Of a DNA stretch of 64,000 nucleotides, positions 48,452 through 57,833 are shown one piece after another. Each line of letters starts with the position of its first letter. Position 1 is the stretch's first letter. Source of the stretch: an uncultured Lachnospiraceae bacterium (GTDB lineage Bacteria; Bacillota; Clostridia; Lachnospirales; Lachnospiraceae); the NCBI GenBank assembly GCA_947626395.1, contig CANQRU010000004.1, forward strand, positions 21,524-85,523, written 5' to 3'. Under the pieces are notes generated by a model, which was not told the origin of the DNA, searched no databases, and saw only the letters and a program-made list of their open reading frames with translations. The position numbers and the translations under genes are program-made.

Positions 48452-48526
48452 TTGTGGTCCGTCAACGTGACCACATCCAACCCCTTTAACATGGCCATTC
48501 CGGCGATGTCAGCCGGGGTCATGTCG
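48452..48526 (-). pseudogene. Duplicated 75-bp fragment of the PHP gene 5' region
   Basis: 69/75 identical to 49202-49276 (offset exactly 750 bp). Confidence 0.85.
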
Positions 48527-48618
48527 GCAGCCGCCAGCCGTCGAAAAACGCCGTATAACTCGTAAACAGGCCTGTGAGTCTTTCCAAATTAAGAACCCAC
48601 AGGCCTGTGGTCATCCGT

Positions 48619-49335
48619 CTATTTCCCCAGCAGCGCCTCCAGCACTCCGCCGATGCTCTTCTCCCGCACCGAAAGCTGCAGGTCCGGCTCGTTGATATGT
48701 TCCAGGTAATGGGCGTCCGAGTTGCTGATGATCCGGCAGCCCTCCAGATAGGGATTCTCCCTCTTAAGCCCGTGCAGCTTCTTAAGGTCTTTTACCTCCG
48801 CCGTCGTAAACCGGCTGTCCGGCGGGATGAAACCCAGGTTCGCGATCAGGCTGTTGGCCGTCTTGTCGATGTGGGCCGGGAACATGACGCCGCCGAAGCT
48901 GCGCACCAGCGGCCACAGTTCGTCGAAGGAAATGGTCGTCGCATTGATCAGCAGGTTCGGCTCAGTGCCGCAGACCTCGTCGTTCTCATTATAGATCTGC
49001 TGCTTGCCGAAGATCGCTTCATTGTTCGGGAACGGGATCAGCCGCTCGTACACATAGGCGTCGAAATCCAGGGCCGCCTCCAGCGTCTCGAAAAGGCAGA
49101 CCGCGTGGACTTCCTCCGATGTGTTGATCTCCATGCCGGGAATCGCCAGCACCCCGTACTCCGCCGCCGCGGCCATCAGGGCCGGGCAATTCCGGCAGGT
49201 GTTGTGGTCCGTCAGCGCGATCACATCCAGCCCCTTTAACATGGCCATTCCGGCGATGTTGGCCGGGGTCATGTCGTCGTCTCCGCATGGGGAGAGGCAG
49301 GAATGGATGTGCAGGTCATAATACAGCTCCGCCAT
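48619..49335 (-). CDS. PHP-domain phosphoesterase
   Basis: DLHIHSCLSPC, LTDHN, EEVH, PAHID, NSDAH. Confidence 0.92.
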   Translation of the reverse strand: MAELYYDLHIHSCLSPCGDDDMTPANIAGMAMLKGLDVIALTDHNTCRNCPALMAAAAEYGVLAIPGMEINTSEEVHAVCLFETLEAALDFDAYVYERLIPFPNNEAIFGKQQIYNENDEVCGTEPNLLINATTISFDELWPLVRSFGGVMFPAHIDKTANSLIANLGFIPPDSRFTTAEVKDLKKLHGLKRENPYLEGCRIISNSDAHYLEHINEPDLQLSVREKSIGGVLEALLGK

Positions 49336-49344
49336 GAACTCCCC

Positions 49345-49674
49345 CTACAGAAGCTCATGGACCTGCAGGGCCGCCGTAAAGATCGGTTCGTCGGTGCTCA
49401 AGACCGTCACGCCCTGCTCCTTGGCGCGGGTCCGGCCTACCTCATCCAGGGCCGCGCCCTCGGCGATGATCACGCAGGCCACATCCGCAAGCGTCGCCAC
49501 CGCGATGGTATTTACATTGCCCATCACCGTCACCCATGCGCTGTCTGCCGGTGCTTTTCCCATGGCAATGCTCAAAAGGTCGCAGCAGAATACTCCCGTG
49601 ACCGCGCGGTCCGTATCGTCGCCCGCGTTGACCACATGGAATAACTGCTTATCGATTAACTGCTGTACTGTCAA
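49345..49674 (-). CDS. DRTGG-domain / HPr-kinase-like small protein
   Basis: FCCDLLSIAM, AWVTVMGN. Confidence 0.8.
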   Translation of the reverse strand: MTVQQLIDKQLFHVVNAGDDTDRAVTGVFCCDLLSIAMGKAPADSAWVTVMGNVNTIAVATLADVACVIIAEGAALDEVGRTRAKEQGVTVLSTDEPIFTAALQVHELL

Positions 49675-49820
49675 ATCGCATACCTCCTTCTCTGCTTATG
49701 TCCGAATGTGTTACGGACATTCTTCTGACGACAGTCCGCCTTCTGCCGCGATCTCCGGCACCTGCCCAGTGCACCTTCTGCAGGCCGGCTGCTCTGCCGT
49801 TCAGAAATTGCTCCCACAGA

Positions 49821-51218
49821 TCACTTATTCTCCGGATCCTTCACCTTGTCGTCCAGAAATTCCATCTCCTCGGCGATCCGCTTGATATAATCCTGCAGCA
49901 CCGGGATCACCTCCCGGCCGCCCCGGGTGCCGTCGGCCATATCTCCTGCCAATACCGACACCTCCTGAGACAATTTATGCAGATTCTCTCTCAGATAATA
50001 AATGCAGTCCCGCTCGCTGGCCTCGCCGCGGACGATATCCTCCGCCAGCGCTTTGCAGGTCGGCGCGCCGCAGGAGCCGCAGTCCAGTCCCGGAAGGCGC
50101 TTGCAGAGCCGCTCTACCTGCTCCAGGCGGAAGAAGCTCTCCATCACGTTGTCGCCCAGGCGGAACACCGGCTCGAACTGGATCTCCGTGGTCCACGGCA
50201 CGTACTCTTCCGCGCCGCTGTCCAGGTGACGTCTGGCCACCGGCATGTATTTGCGGAGGCGCTTTAACTTCACCTCGGCCACATACGGATTCTCCACCGT
50301 CAGAACGCCGCCGATGCAGCCGCCGTTGCAGGCATTCAGCTCCACGAATTCCAGGTTCGTGAACTTCTGGTCCTCCAGATCCTCCAGAACCCGGATCACG
50401 TTCTCGATGCCGTCCGCCGCCAGATAGCTCTCAGTAAAAAGCCCGCTGGCCTCGCCGCCGCTGCTGCCCCAGCTGATGCCGATCTTGCCGGAGGTACTGA
50501 CCTCCTCCGCCTCGGCCCCCACCGCTTTCATGTAGGTAAGCAGCTGCGGATACACGTCCTTGATCGCCAGCACCCGATCCACCTGGCTCTTCTCCGTGCC
50601 GAGCGGAGCCTGCACATAGGTCACCTTCGACGGGCACGGAGAAATGAAAATGATTCCGATCTTCTCCCTGGGAAGCCCGGTCTCCTTCATCGCCTTCTCT
50701 GCCGCCAGGCAGGCCGCCACCTCGATCGGCGGGTTGATCGGCAGCAGATGCTCGATCAGATTCGGGAACCGCACGCGGATCAGCCGCACCACCGACGGGC
50801 AGGCCGTGCTGATCAGCGGCAGATCGCCCTGATGCTGCTTGATATAGGTCCTGGTCGCCTCGCTGACGATCTCCGCCGCCGCGCTCACCTCGAACACATC
50901 GTCAAAACCCATCAGCTTCAAGCCGTTTAAGACAATGTTCACGTCCTCCAGATTGTTGAACTGGCTGTACAGGGAGGGCGCCGGCAGCGCCACCGTATAC
51001 TCATACTGTTTGATCGTATCCAGCTTATCATAAGTCGCCTTCTTCGCGTGGTGCGGACAGATACGGATGCACTCGCCGCAGTCGATACAGAACTTGCTGT
51101 TGATCTGCGCCTTGCCGTTCCGCACCCGGATCGCCTGCGTCGGGCACCGCTTGATGCAGTTGATACAGCCCTTGCAAAGCTCCGGATCCAGTCTCACAGA
51201 ATGATAAAACTTATCCAA
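49821..51218 (-). CDS. Atypical [FeFe]-hydrogenase, group D (HydS-like, putative sensor), with N-terminal 2x[4Fe-4S] and C-terminal FeS domain
   Basis: CKGCINC..CP, CIDCGEC..CP; L1 STACP, L2 SPCPSK, L3 ELNACNGGCIGG; LPGLDCGSCGAPTC. Confidence 0.7.
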   Translation of the reverse strand: MDKFYHSVRLDPELCKGCINCIKRCPTQAIRVRNGKAQINSKFCIDCGECIRICPHHAKKATYDKLDTIKQYEYTVALPAPSLYSQFNNLEDVNIVLNGLKLMGFDDVFEVSAAAEIVSEATRTYIKQHQGDLPLISTACPSVVRLIRVRFPNLIEHLLPINPPIEVAACLAAEKAMKETGLPREKIGIIFISPCPSKVTYVQAPLGTEKSQVDRVLAIKDVYPQLLTYMKAVGAEAEEVSTSGKIGISWGSSGGEASGLFTESYLAADGIENVIRVLEDLEDQKFTNLEFVELNACNGGCIGGVLTVENPYVAEVKLKRLRKYMPVARRHLDSGAEEYVPWTTEIQFEPVFRLGDNVMESFFRLEQVERLCKRLPGLDCGSCGAPTCKALAEDIVRGEASERDCIYYLRENLHKLSQEVSVLAGDMADGTRGGREVIPVLQDYIKRIAEEMEFLDDKVKDPENK

Positions 51219-51313
51219 ACGATCACCCCTCTATCTCTTTGCCCGAAACATTCCCCACGATACCGTCAGCGAAAGCACGGCGGAGACACTCACCGCCCGC
51301 TCTCACTTCCGCC

Positions 51314-51736
51314 TCAGATATTCACCACCATCGTGATCGTCGTCCCCACTCCGATCACCGTATCGATCTTCATTTCGTCCGTATACTTCTTCATGTTCGG
51401 CAGTCCCATGCCGGCGCCGAAGCCCAGTGAGCGCACCTCGTCCGGCGCCGTGGACCACCCGGCCTGCATGGCCTGCTCGATATCCGGGATCCCGGGGCCC
51501 TTATCCGCCAGGATCATCAGGATCTTCTCCGGCGTGATCTCCACCGTGATCTCTCCGCCCTCGGCGTGGATCACCATGTTGATCTCCCCCTCGTACATGG
51601 CGATGGACACCTTGCGGATCGCCTCCGGCGGCACGCCCAGACGCTTTAACTTGCTCTTCACGTCGCTGCTCGCTTCGCCGGCCCTGGTGAAGTCATCCGG
51701 AGATATCTCATAGGTCAAACGAATCGCATCAGCCAT
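51314..51736 (-). CDS. Anti-sigma-type Ser/Thr kinase (HATPase_c)
   Basis: AMYEGEINMVIH, DKGPGI, GFGAGMGLPNM. Confidence 0.9.
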   Translation of the reverse strand: MADAIRLTYEISPDDFTRAGEASSDVKSKLKRLGVPPEAIRKVSIAMYEGEINMVIHAEGGEITVEITPEKILMILADKGPGIPDIEQAMQAGWSTAPDEVRSLGFGAGMGLPNMKKYTDEMKIDTVIGVGTTITMVVNI

Positions 51737-52083
51737 TAAATCGCACCTCCATGAAGACCCGCCTGATATAAAAGTCCGCAGGAAGAGAACATCCGGTGTC
51801 CCGTCTCCAGCACCACCAGATCCCGCTCCGCCGCCATGTCCAGGATCGTCTGATCCGGCTTCTTGCCGCGCACGAAGATAATGCAGACGATATCCAGCAT
51901 CTCCGCCGTGCGGATCACCTGCGGATTACAGAGTCCCGTAAGCAGGATCGAATGATCCTTCGAAAACGCGAGCACGTCGCTCATCATATCCGATCCGCAG
52001 GCGCTCTTCACCTCGCGGTCCAGATTCTCCTCGCCCACCAGCACCCTGGCACCCAGTACATTCATCGCATCCCTGACTGTCAT
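51736..52083 (-). CDS. DRTGG-domain protein
   Basis: CGSDMMSDVL, LTGLCNPQVIRTAEM. Confidence 0.85.
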   Translation of the reverse strand: MTVRDAMNVLGARVLVGEENLDREVKSACGSDMMSDVLAFSKDHSILLTGLCNPQVIRTAEMLDIVCIIFVRGKKPDQTILDMAAERDLVVLETGHRMFSSCGLLYQAGLHGGAI

Positions 52084-52282
52084 AAGATCCTCCTCCATCA
52101 AATTTAATAATCGATCCGCGCACCTGAATGAAAACTTATACGAATAGAATACCATCTGCGGCCGGATTTTTCAACATATTTCACACATTTATGCGGCGCG
52201 TTCCGGAAAATTCCCGCCGATCATGCTTTTTTGAAAAGAATTCATTTTGGCAAATAATTTTTGTAGATTTTTTGTCAATTAC

Positions 52283-52300
52283 ATGATAAAATATTAACAC
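52283..52300. promoter_or_regulatory. Possible Rex box overlapping the hydrogenase -10 region
   Basis: ATGATAA-aata-TTAACAC vs TTGTTAA-N4-TTAACAA, 3 mismatches. Confidence 0.3.
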
Positions 52301-52335
52301 GTTGTAAGGCATTACTATTTAGAGGAGGATTAAAC

Positions 52336-52830
52336 ATGGCTTCTAAGAAAGAAACTGTACCTTTCAGAGGCACGCCGGAGCAGGAAGCTGCTCTTAAGAA
52401 GGTCATCGCCGAGCTGAAAGATACAAAAGGCGCATTGATGCCCATCATGCAGCATGCGCAGGAGATCTACGGTTATCTCCCCATCGAAGTCCAGACCATG
52501 ATTTCCGACGAGACCGGCATTCCTCTGGAGAAGATCTACGGCGTGGCTACGTTCTACGCCCAGTTCGCTCTTCAGCCCAAGGGCAAGTATCAGATCTCTG
52601 TCTGCCTGGGAACCGCCTGCTACGTCAAGGGTTCTGGCTCCGTCTATGACAAGATTCAGCAACTTTTAGGCATCTCCGGCGGAGAGTGCACCCCTGACGG
52701 GAAGTTCTCGCTGGATTCCTGCCGCTGCGTAGGCGCATGCGGCCTTGCCCCCGTCATGATGATCAATGACGAGGTTTACGGACGTCTGGTTCCCGACGAT
52801 GTCGCGGGTATCCTGGCCAAGTATGAATAA
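52336..52830 (+). CDS. hydC: Bifurcating hydrogenase NuoE-like subunit (HydC/HndA)
   Basis: VATFY, CLGTAC, CRCVGACGLAP [2Fe-2S]. Confidence 0.92.
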   Translation: MASKKETVPFRGTPEQEAALKKVIAELKDTKGALMPIMQHAQEIYGYLPIEVQTMISDETGIPLEKIYGVATFYAQFALQPKGKYQISVCLGTACYVKGSGSVYDKIQQLLGISGGECTPDGKFSLDSCRCVGACGLAPVMMINDEVYGRLVPDDVAGILAKYE

Positions 52831-52845
52831 CACGGGGAACCTCCT

Positions 52846-53403
52846 ATGATGACCGAAATTTCCCTGAATATCCTGGACGTGGCGGAGAATTCCACCAAGG
52901 CGAAGGCGACTCTCATAGAGATCACGGTGGACGCGGATTTCGCGGCCGATGAATTGACCATTACGATCGCTGACAACGGCTGCGGCATGACGCCGGAGCA
53001 GGTGGAGCGGGTCACGGACCCATTTTTCACAAGCCGCACCACCCGGAAGGTAGGTTTGGGCGTTCCGTTCTTCAAGCTTGCGGCGGAAAGCACCGGCGGA
53101 AGCTTCTCCATCGAGTCCGAGGCGGGCGTGGGAACCACGGTGAAAGCGATCTTTATCCTGTCGCACATCGACCGTATGCCCTTAGGCGACATCAGCACCA
53201 CGATCCACACGCTGGTCGTCTACCACCCGGAGACGGATTTCCTCTACCGTTACCGCTATAACGGGAAGGAGTTTACGCTGGACACAAGGGAATTCAAGGA
53301 GATTCTGGGAGACGTTCCGTTTGCGGAACCGGAGGTATCGGCGTACATACTTGATTATCTGAAAGAAAACAAACTTGAAACTGATGGAGGCGCCGTTTAC
53401 TAG
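52846..53403 (+). CDS. Histidine-kinase-like ATP-binding protein within hydrogenase operon
   Basis: DVAENS, DNGCGM, DPFFTSRT..VGLG; no HisKA domain. Confidence 0.88.
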   Translation: MMTEISLNILDVAENSTKAKATLIEITVDADFAADELTITIADNGCGMTPEQVERVTDPFFTSRTTRKVGLGVPFFKLAAESTGGSFSIESEAGVGTTVKAIFILSHIDRMPLGDISTTIHTLVVYHPETDFLYRYRYNGKEFTLDTREFKEILGDVPFAEPEVSAYILDYLKENKLETDGGAVY

Positions 53404-53424
53404 GCGCCGGATATGGAGGTAATG

Positions 53425-53802
53425 ATGAAATCTCTTGCAGAATTAAAAGCAATCCGTGACAAGATGCAGAGCCAGGTCACCCTTCGCGGCGAGGATCATG
53501 ACCACATCCGCGTGATGGTCGGCATGGCTACCTGCGGCATCGCAAGCGGTGCCCGCCCCGTTCTGACCACACTGTCCAACCTGGTTCAGGAGAAACATCT
53601 GACCGACAAGATCGCGGTCACGCAGACCGGCTGCATCGGCCTGTGCCAGTATGAGCCCATCGTGGAAGTGGCGGAGCCGGGCAAAGACAAGGTAACCTAC
53701 ATCAAGATGACCCCTGAGAAGGCAGAAGAGGTACTGGAGAGACATCTGATCGGCGGTCATGTGGTAGAGAAATACACCTTAAGTTCAGCAGGAATCAAAT
53801 AA
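53425..53802 (+). CDS. hydD: Thioredoxin-like [2Fe-2S] ferredoxin subunit (HydD/HndB)
   Basis: GMATCGIASGA, TGCIGLCQYEP. Confidence 0.9.
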   Translation: MKSLAELKAIRDKMQSQVTLRGEDHDHIRVMVGMATCGIASGARPVLTTLSNLVQEKHLTDKIAVTQTGCIGLCQYEPIVEVAEPGKDKVTYIKMTPEKAEEVLERHLIGGHVVEKYTLSSAGIK

Positions 53803-53814
53803 GGAGGAAACCAG

Positions 53815-55623
53815 ATGTATCGTTCACACGTGTTAGTCTGCGGCGGAACAGGATGTACTTCCTCCGGAAGCCAGCAGATTATGGAAACCCTGAAGGAAGA
53901 GATCGCAAAGAACGGTCTCGATCAGGAAGTCGCCGTCATCCAGACCGGCTGCCATGGACTCTGCGCACTGGGTCCGATCATGATCATTTACCCGGACGCC
54001 ACCTTCTACTCCATGGTGAAGAATGAAGATATCCCGGAGATCGTCTCCGAGCATTTACTGAAGGGACGTGTCGTCACCCGTCTTCTGTATCAGGAGACCG
54101 TCACCGACTCGGGCGTCAAGGCCCTGATCGACACCGACTTCTATAAGAAGCAGCACCGTATCGCGCTTCGCAACTGCGGCGTGATCAACCCCGAGAACAT
54201 CGAAGAGTACATCGGTACCGGCGGCTACCAGGCCCTGGGCAAGGTACTGACCGAGATGACCCCCGACGAGGTCATCCAGGTGCTTCTTGATTCCGGTCTG
54301 CGCGGACGCGGCGGCGCCGGTTTCCCGACCGGCCTCAAGTGGAAGTTCGCGAAGCAGAACGACGCCGACCAGAAGTACGTCTGCTGCAACGCCGACGAGG
54401 GCGACCCCGGCGCGTTCATGGACCGTTCCGTTCTGGAGGGCGACCCCCACGCGGTTCTGGAAGCTATGGCCATCGCCGGCTACGCTATCGGCGCGAGCCA
54501 GGGTTATATCTACGTCCGTGCCGAGTACCCGATCGCAGTACAGCGTCTGAAGATCGCGATCCAGCAGGCCAGAGAGATGGAACTGCTTGGCAATGACATC
54601 TTCGGCACCGGATTTAATTTCGACATCGACTTAAGACTTGGCGCCGGCGCTTTCGTCTGCGGCGAGGAGACCGCCCTGATGACCTCCATCGAGGGCAACC
54701 GCGGCGAGCCCAGGCCCCGTCCTCCGTTCCCGGCTGTGAAGGGACTTTTCGCCAAGCCGACCATTTTGAATAACGTAGAGACGTACGCCAATATCCCGCA
54801 GATCATCATCAACGGTCCGGAATGGTTCGCCTCCATGGGTACTGAGAAGTCCAAGGGAACCAAGGTCTTCGCCCTGGGCGGCAAGATCAACAACACCGGC
54901 CTGGTGGAAGTTCCCATGGGAACCACCCTGCGCGAAGTCGTCGAGGAGATCGGCGGCGGCATCCCGGGCGGCCACAAGTTCAAAGCGGCCCAGACCGGCG
55001 GTCCGTCCGGCGGCTGCATCCCGGCGGAGCATTTCGACATCCCGATCGACTACGACAACCTGATCTCCATCGGCTCCATGATGGGTTCCGGCGGTCTGAT
55101 CGTCATGGACGACACCGACTGTATGGTGGACATCGCCAAGTTCTTCCTGGAGTTCACCGTCGAGGAGTCCTGCGGCAAATGTACTCCCTGCCGTATCGGT
55201 ACCAAGCGTATGCTTGAGATCCTGACGAAGATCACCGAAGGCAACGCGACGATGGAAGACCTGGATAAGCTGGAGGAGCTGTGCTACTACATCAAGGAGA
55301 ACTCCCTCTGCGGCTTAGGCCAGACCGCTCCCAACCCGGTGCTCTCCACGCTGCGCTATTTCCGCGACGAGTATGAGGCACATATCAAGGAGAAGAGATG
55401 CCCGGCCGGCGTCTGCAAGAAGCTGCTGACCTACAACATCGACAGAGAGAAGTGCATCGGCTGCGGCGCGTGCGCCCGTCAGTGTCCGGCAGGCGCTATC
55501 TCCAAGACCGACTACACCGCTCCCGGCAAGAAGCTGCCCGCGATGGCCATCGACCCGAACAAGTGCGTGAAGTGCGGCGCCTGCATGGAGAAGTGTAAGT
55601 TCAGCGCAATCTACAAAAAGTAA
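53815..55623 (+). CDS. hydB: Bifurcating hydrogenase NuoF-like FMN/NAD subunit (HydB/HndC)
   Basis: GRGGAGFPTG, CNADEGDPG, GAFVCGEETAL, CGKCTPC, C-terminal 2x[4Fe-4S]. Confidence 0.95.
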   Translation: MYRSHVLVCGGTGCTSSGSQQIMETLKEEIAKNGLDQEVAVIQTGCHGLCALGPIMIIYPDATFYSMVKNEDIPEIVSEHLLKGRVVTRLLYQETVTDSGVKALIDTDFYKKQHRIALRNCGVINPENIEEYIGTGGYQALGKVLTEMTPDEVIQVLLDSGLRGRGGAGFPTGLKWKFAKQNDADQKYVCCNADEGDPGAFMDRSVLEGDPHAVLEAMAIAGYAIGASQGYIYVRAEYPIAVQRLKIAIQQAREMELLGNDIFGTGFNFDIDLRLGAGAFVCGEETALMTSIEGNRGEPRPRPPFPAVKGLFAKPTILNNVETYANIPQIIINGPEWFASMGTEKSKGTKVFALGGKINNTGLVEVPMGTTLREVVEEIGGGIPGGHKFKAAQTGGPSGGCIPAEHFDIPIDYDNLISIGSMMGSGGLIVMDDTDCMVDIAKFFLEFTVEESCGKCTPCRIGTKRMLEILTKITEGNATMEDLDKLEELCYYIKENSLCGLGQTAPNPVLSTLRYFRDEYEAHIKEKRCPAGVCKKLLTYNIDREKCIGCGACARQCPAGAISKTDYTAPGKKLPAMAIDPNKCVKCGACMEKCKFSAIYKK

Positions 55624-55638
55624 TGGAGGAGAATCGGA

Positions 55639-57387
55639 ATGGCGAATATCAATCTGAAAATTAACGGCATGGCAGTCAGCGCTCCGGCAGGTTCTACCAT
55701 TCTGGAAGCCGCACGGCTTGCCCATATCGAGATTCCTACCCTCTGCTTCCTGAAGGATATCAACGAGATCGGCGCCTGCCGCATCTGTATCGTCGAGGTA
55801 AAGGGCGCTAAGAGCCTGGTTACCTCCTGCGTCTATCCGATCAACGAGGGCATGGAAGTATGGACCAACACCCCGAAGGTGCTGGAGTCCCGCAAGAAGA
55901 CCCTTCAGCTGCTGCTTTCCAACCACAACTGCAGCTGCCTCTCCTGCGTGCGCAGCGGAAACTGCGAGCTGCAGGTCCTGGCCAAGGAGCTGGGCGTGGA
56001 CGACGCGAATTTCTACGCCGGCGAGAAGACCCCGTCGGAGATCGATGATTCCGCGGCTCATATGATCCGCGACAACAGCAAGTGCATCCTGTGCCGCCGC
56101 TGCGTGGCCGTCTGCGAGAAGAACCAGGGAATCGGCGTCATCGGCGCCAACAACCGCGGCTTCAAGACCGCTATCGGCTCCGCCTTCGAGATGGGCCTTG
56201 GCGAGACAAGCTGCGTATCCTGCGGCCAGTGTATCGCTGTCTGCCCCACCGGCGCCCTTCAGGAGAAGTCCCAGATCGACGAAGTCCTGGCTGCGATCGC
56301 GGATCCGGCGAAGCACGTGATCGTGCAGACCGCTCCGGCTGTCCGCGCCGGACTGGGCGAGGAATTCGGCTATCCCATCGGCACCAACGTCGAGGGCAAG
56401 ATGGCTGCCGCCCTTCGCCGCATCGGCTTCGACAAGGTATTTGATACCGACTTCGGCGCTGACCTGACCATCATGGAAGAGGCCAACGAGTTCGTGGAGA
56501 GAGTACAGAACGGCGGCGTGCTGCCGATGATCACCTCCTGCTCCCCGGGCTGGGTCAAGTACTGCGAGCATTATTTCCCGGATATGACCGAGAACCTGTC
56601 CACCTGCAAGTCCCCGCAGCAGATGTTCGGCGCGATCGCCAAGTCCTACTACGCGGAGAAGATGGGCATCGACCCGAAGGATATCGTATCCGTATCCATC
56701 ATGCCGTGTACGGCGAAGAAGTTCGAGATCAACCGTCCGGATGAGGCCGCTAACGGCGTTCCGGATATGGACTACACCCTGACCACCAGAGAGCTGGCCC
56801 GCATGATCAAGAAGGTCGGCATCAAGTTCAACGATCTTCCGGATGAGAAGTTTGACGAGCCTCTGGGCATTTCCACCGGCGCAGGCGTCATCTTCGGCGC
56901 GACCGGCGGCGTTATGGAGGCTGCTCTGCGTACGGCGGTGGAGACGCTGACCGGCGAGGAGCTCAAACATCTGGACTTCACCGAGGTCCGCGGCATCCAG
57001 GGCATCAAGGAAGCCACCTACAAGGTCGGCGACCTGGATGTAAAGGTAGCCGTAGCGTCCGGCCTGGCCAACGCCCGCGAGCTTCTGAACAAGGTGAAAT
57101 CCGGCGAAGCCAACTACCACTTCATCGAGATCATGGGATGCCCCGGCGGCTGCGTCAACGGCGGCGGACAGCCCCAGCAGCCCGGCTATGTGCGCAACAC
57201 CGTGGATATCCGCGGCCTGCGCGCGAAGGTGCTTTACGATGCGGATGCCGGCATGCCGATCCGCAAGTCTCACGAGAATCCGGCGATCAAGGAGCTCTAC
57301 GCGACCTACCTTGGCAAGCCCGGCAGCGAGAAAGCGCATCACCTGCTGCATACCAGCTATATTAAGAGAAAGGTCAATGAGATCTGA
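55639..57387 (+). CDS. hydA: [FeFe]-hydrogenase group A catalytic subunit (HydA/HndD)
   Basis: L1 TSCSPGW, L2 MPCTAKKFE, L3 EIMGCPGGCVNGGGQP; N-terminal FeS clusters. Confidence 0.95.
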   Translation: MANINLKINGMAVSAPAGSTILEAARLAHIEIPTLCFLKDINEIGACRICIVEVKGAKSLVTSCVYPINEGMEVWTNTPKVLESRKKTLQLLLSNHNCSCLSCVRSGNCELQVLAKELGVDDANFYAGEKTPSEIDDSAAHMIRDNSKCILCRRCVAVCEKNQGIGVIGANNRGFKTAIGSAFEMGLGETSCVSCGQCIAVCPTGALQEKSQIDEVLAAIADPAKHVIVQTAPAVRAGLGEEFGYPIGTNVEGKMAAALRRIGFDKVFDTDFGADLTIMEEANEFVERVQNGGVLPMITSCSPGWVKYCEHYFPDMTENLSTCKSPQQMFGAIAKSYYAEKMGIDPKDIVSVSIMPCTAKKFEINRPDEAANGVPDMDYTLTTRELARMIKKVGIKFNDLPDEKFDEPLGISTGAGVIFGATGGVMEAALRTAVETLTGEELKHLDFTEVRGIQGIKEATYKVGDLDVKVAVASGLANARELLNKVKSGEANYHFIEIMGCPGGCVNGGGQPQQPGYVRNTVDIRGLRAKVLYDADAGMPIRKSHENPAIKELYATYLGKPGSEKAHHLLHTSYIKRKVNEI

Positions 57388-57406
57388 GAAGATACGCTTG
57401 ATTAAC

Positions 57407-57439
57407 AAAAGAACCGGGCAGCGTGTCCCGGTTCTTTTT
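57407..57439 (+). terminator. Intrinsic terminator after hydA
   Basis: AAAAGAACCGGG-cagcgtgt-CCCGGTTCTTTTT. Confidence 0.8.
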
Positions 57440-57543
57440 GCATTTCCATGCGAGCAGGGCGCCAGTTTTCACCCGGCCAGCCAAACAACTAATCCCCTCA
57501 AAACAGAACTCCTGCTTTCTTCCATCCCGCCCGCGACAGCACA

Positions 57544-57798
57544 GCGTGACAGGCGGGGCCGGGGCATATCCTGAACGCGATTTACGCAGAAGGGTTAGTC
57601 TTTCTTAATGAAAAAACGTCAGTTTGAGGGCCGGAGCCCCTGACCTCAAGTCAGGGGCGGAGCGGCAACCTGAGCGAGAATTTCTTCAGAAATTCTCGCG
57701 AATTTGCCGTTGCCCTCAAACTGGCGTTTTTGAATTTAGAAAGACTTCCCTTCGGAGTCATGAGCGTCCAGGATATGCCCCGGCCCCGCCCGTCACGC
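57544..57798. repeat. 255-bp nested palindromic (foldback) element, MITE/REPIN-like
   Basis: 35-bp outer IR (33/35), 20-bp inner IR (19/20), two apical hairpins. Confidence 0.75.
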
Positions 57799-57833
57799 GT
57801 ACCCTTCACGACCATGTGCACAATGCTTTCGCC

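Noticed and set aside
48427-48522. N-terminal extension of PatB in ORF 47215-48522
   Set aside because: The extension is the duplicated PHP fragment; a strong RBS precedes the ATG at 48426.
55315-57408. 697-aa minus-strand ORF (similar shadows at 10222-11283, 29669-30898, 40354-41634, 58452-59357)
   Set aside because: Antisense shadows of well-supported genes; no domain motifs.
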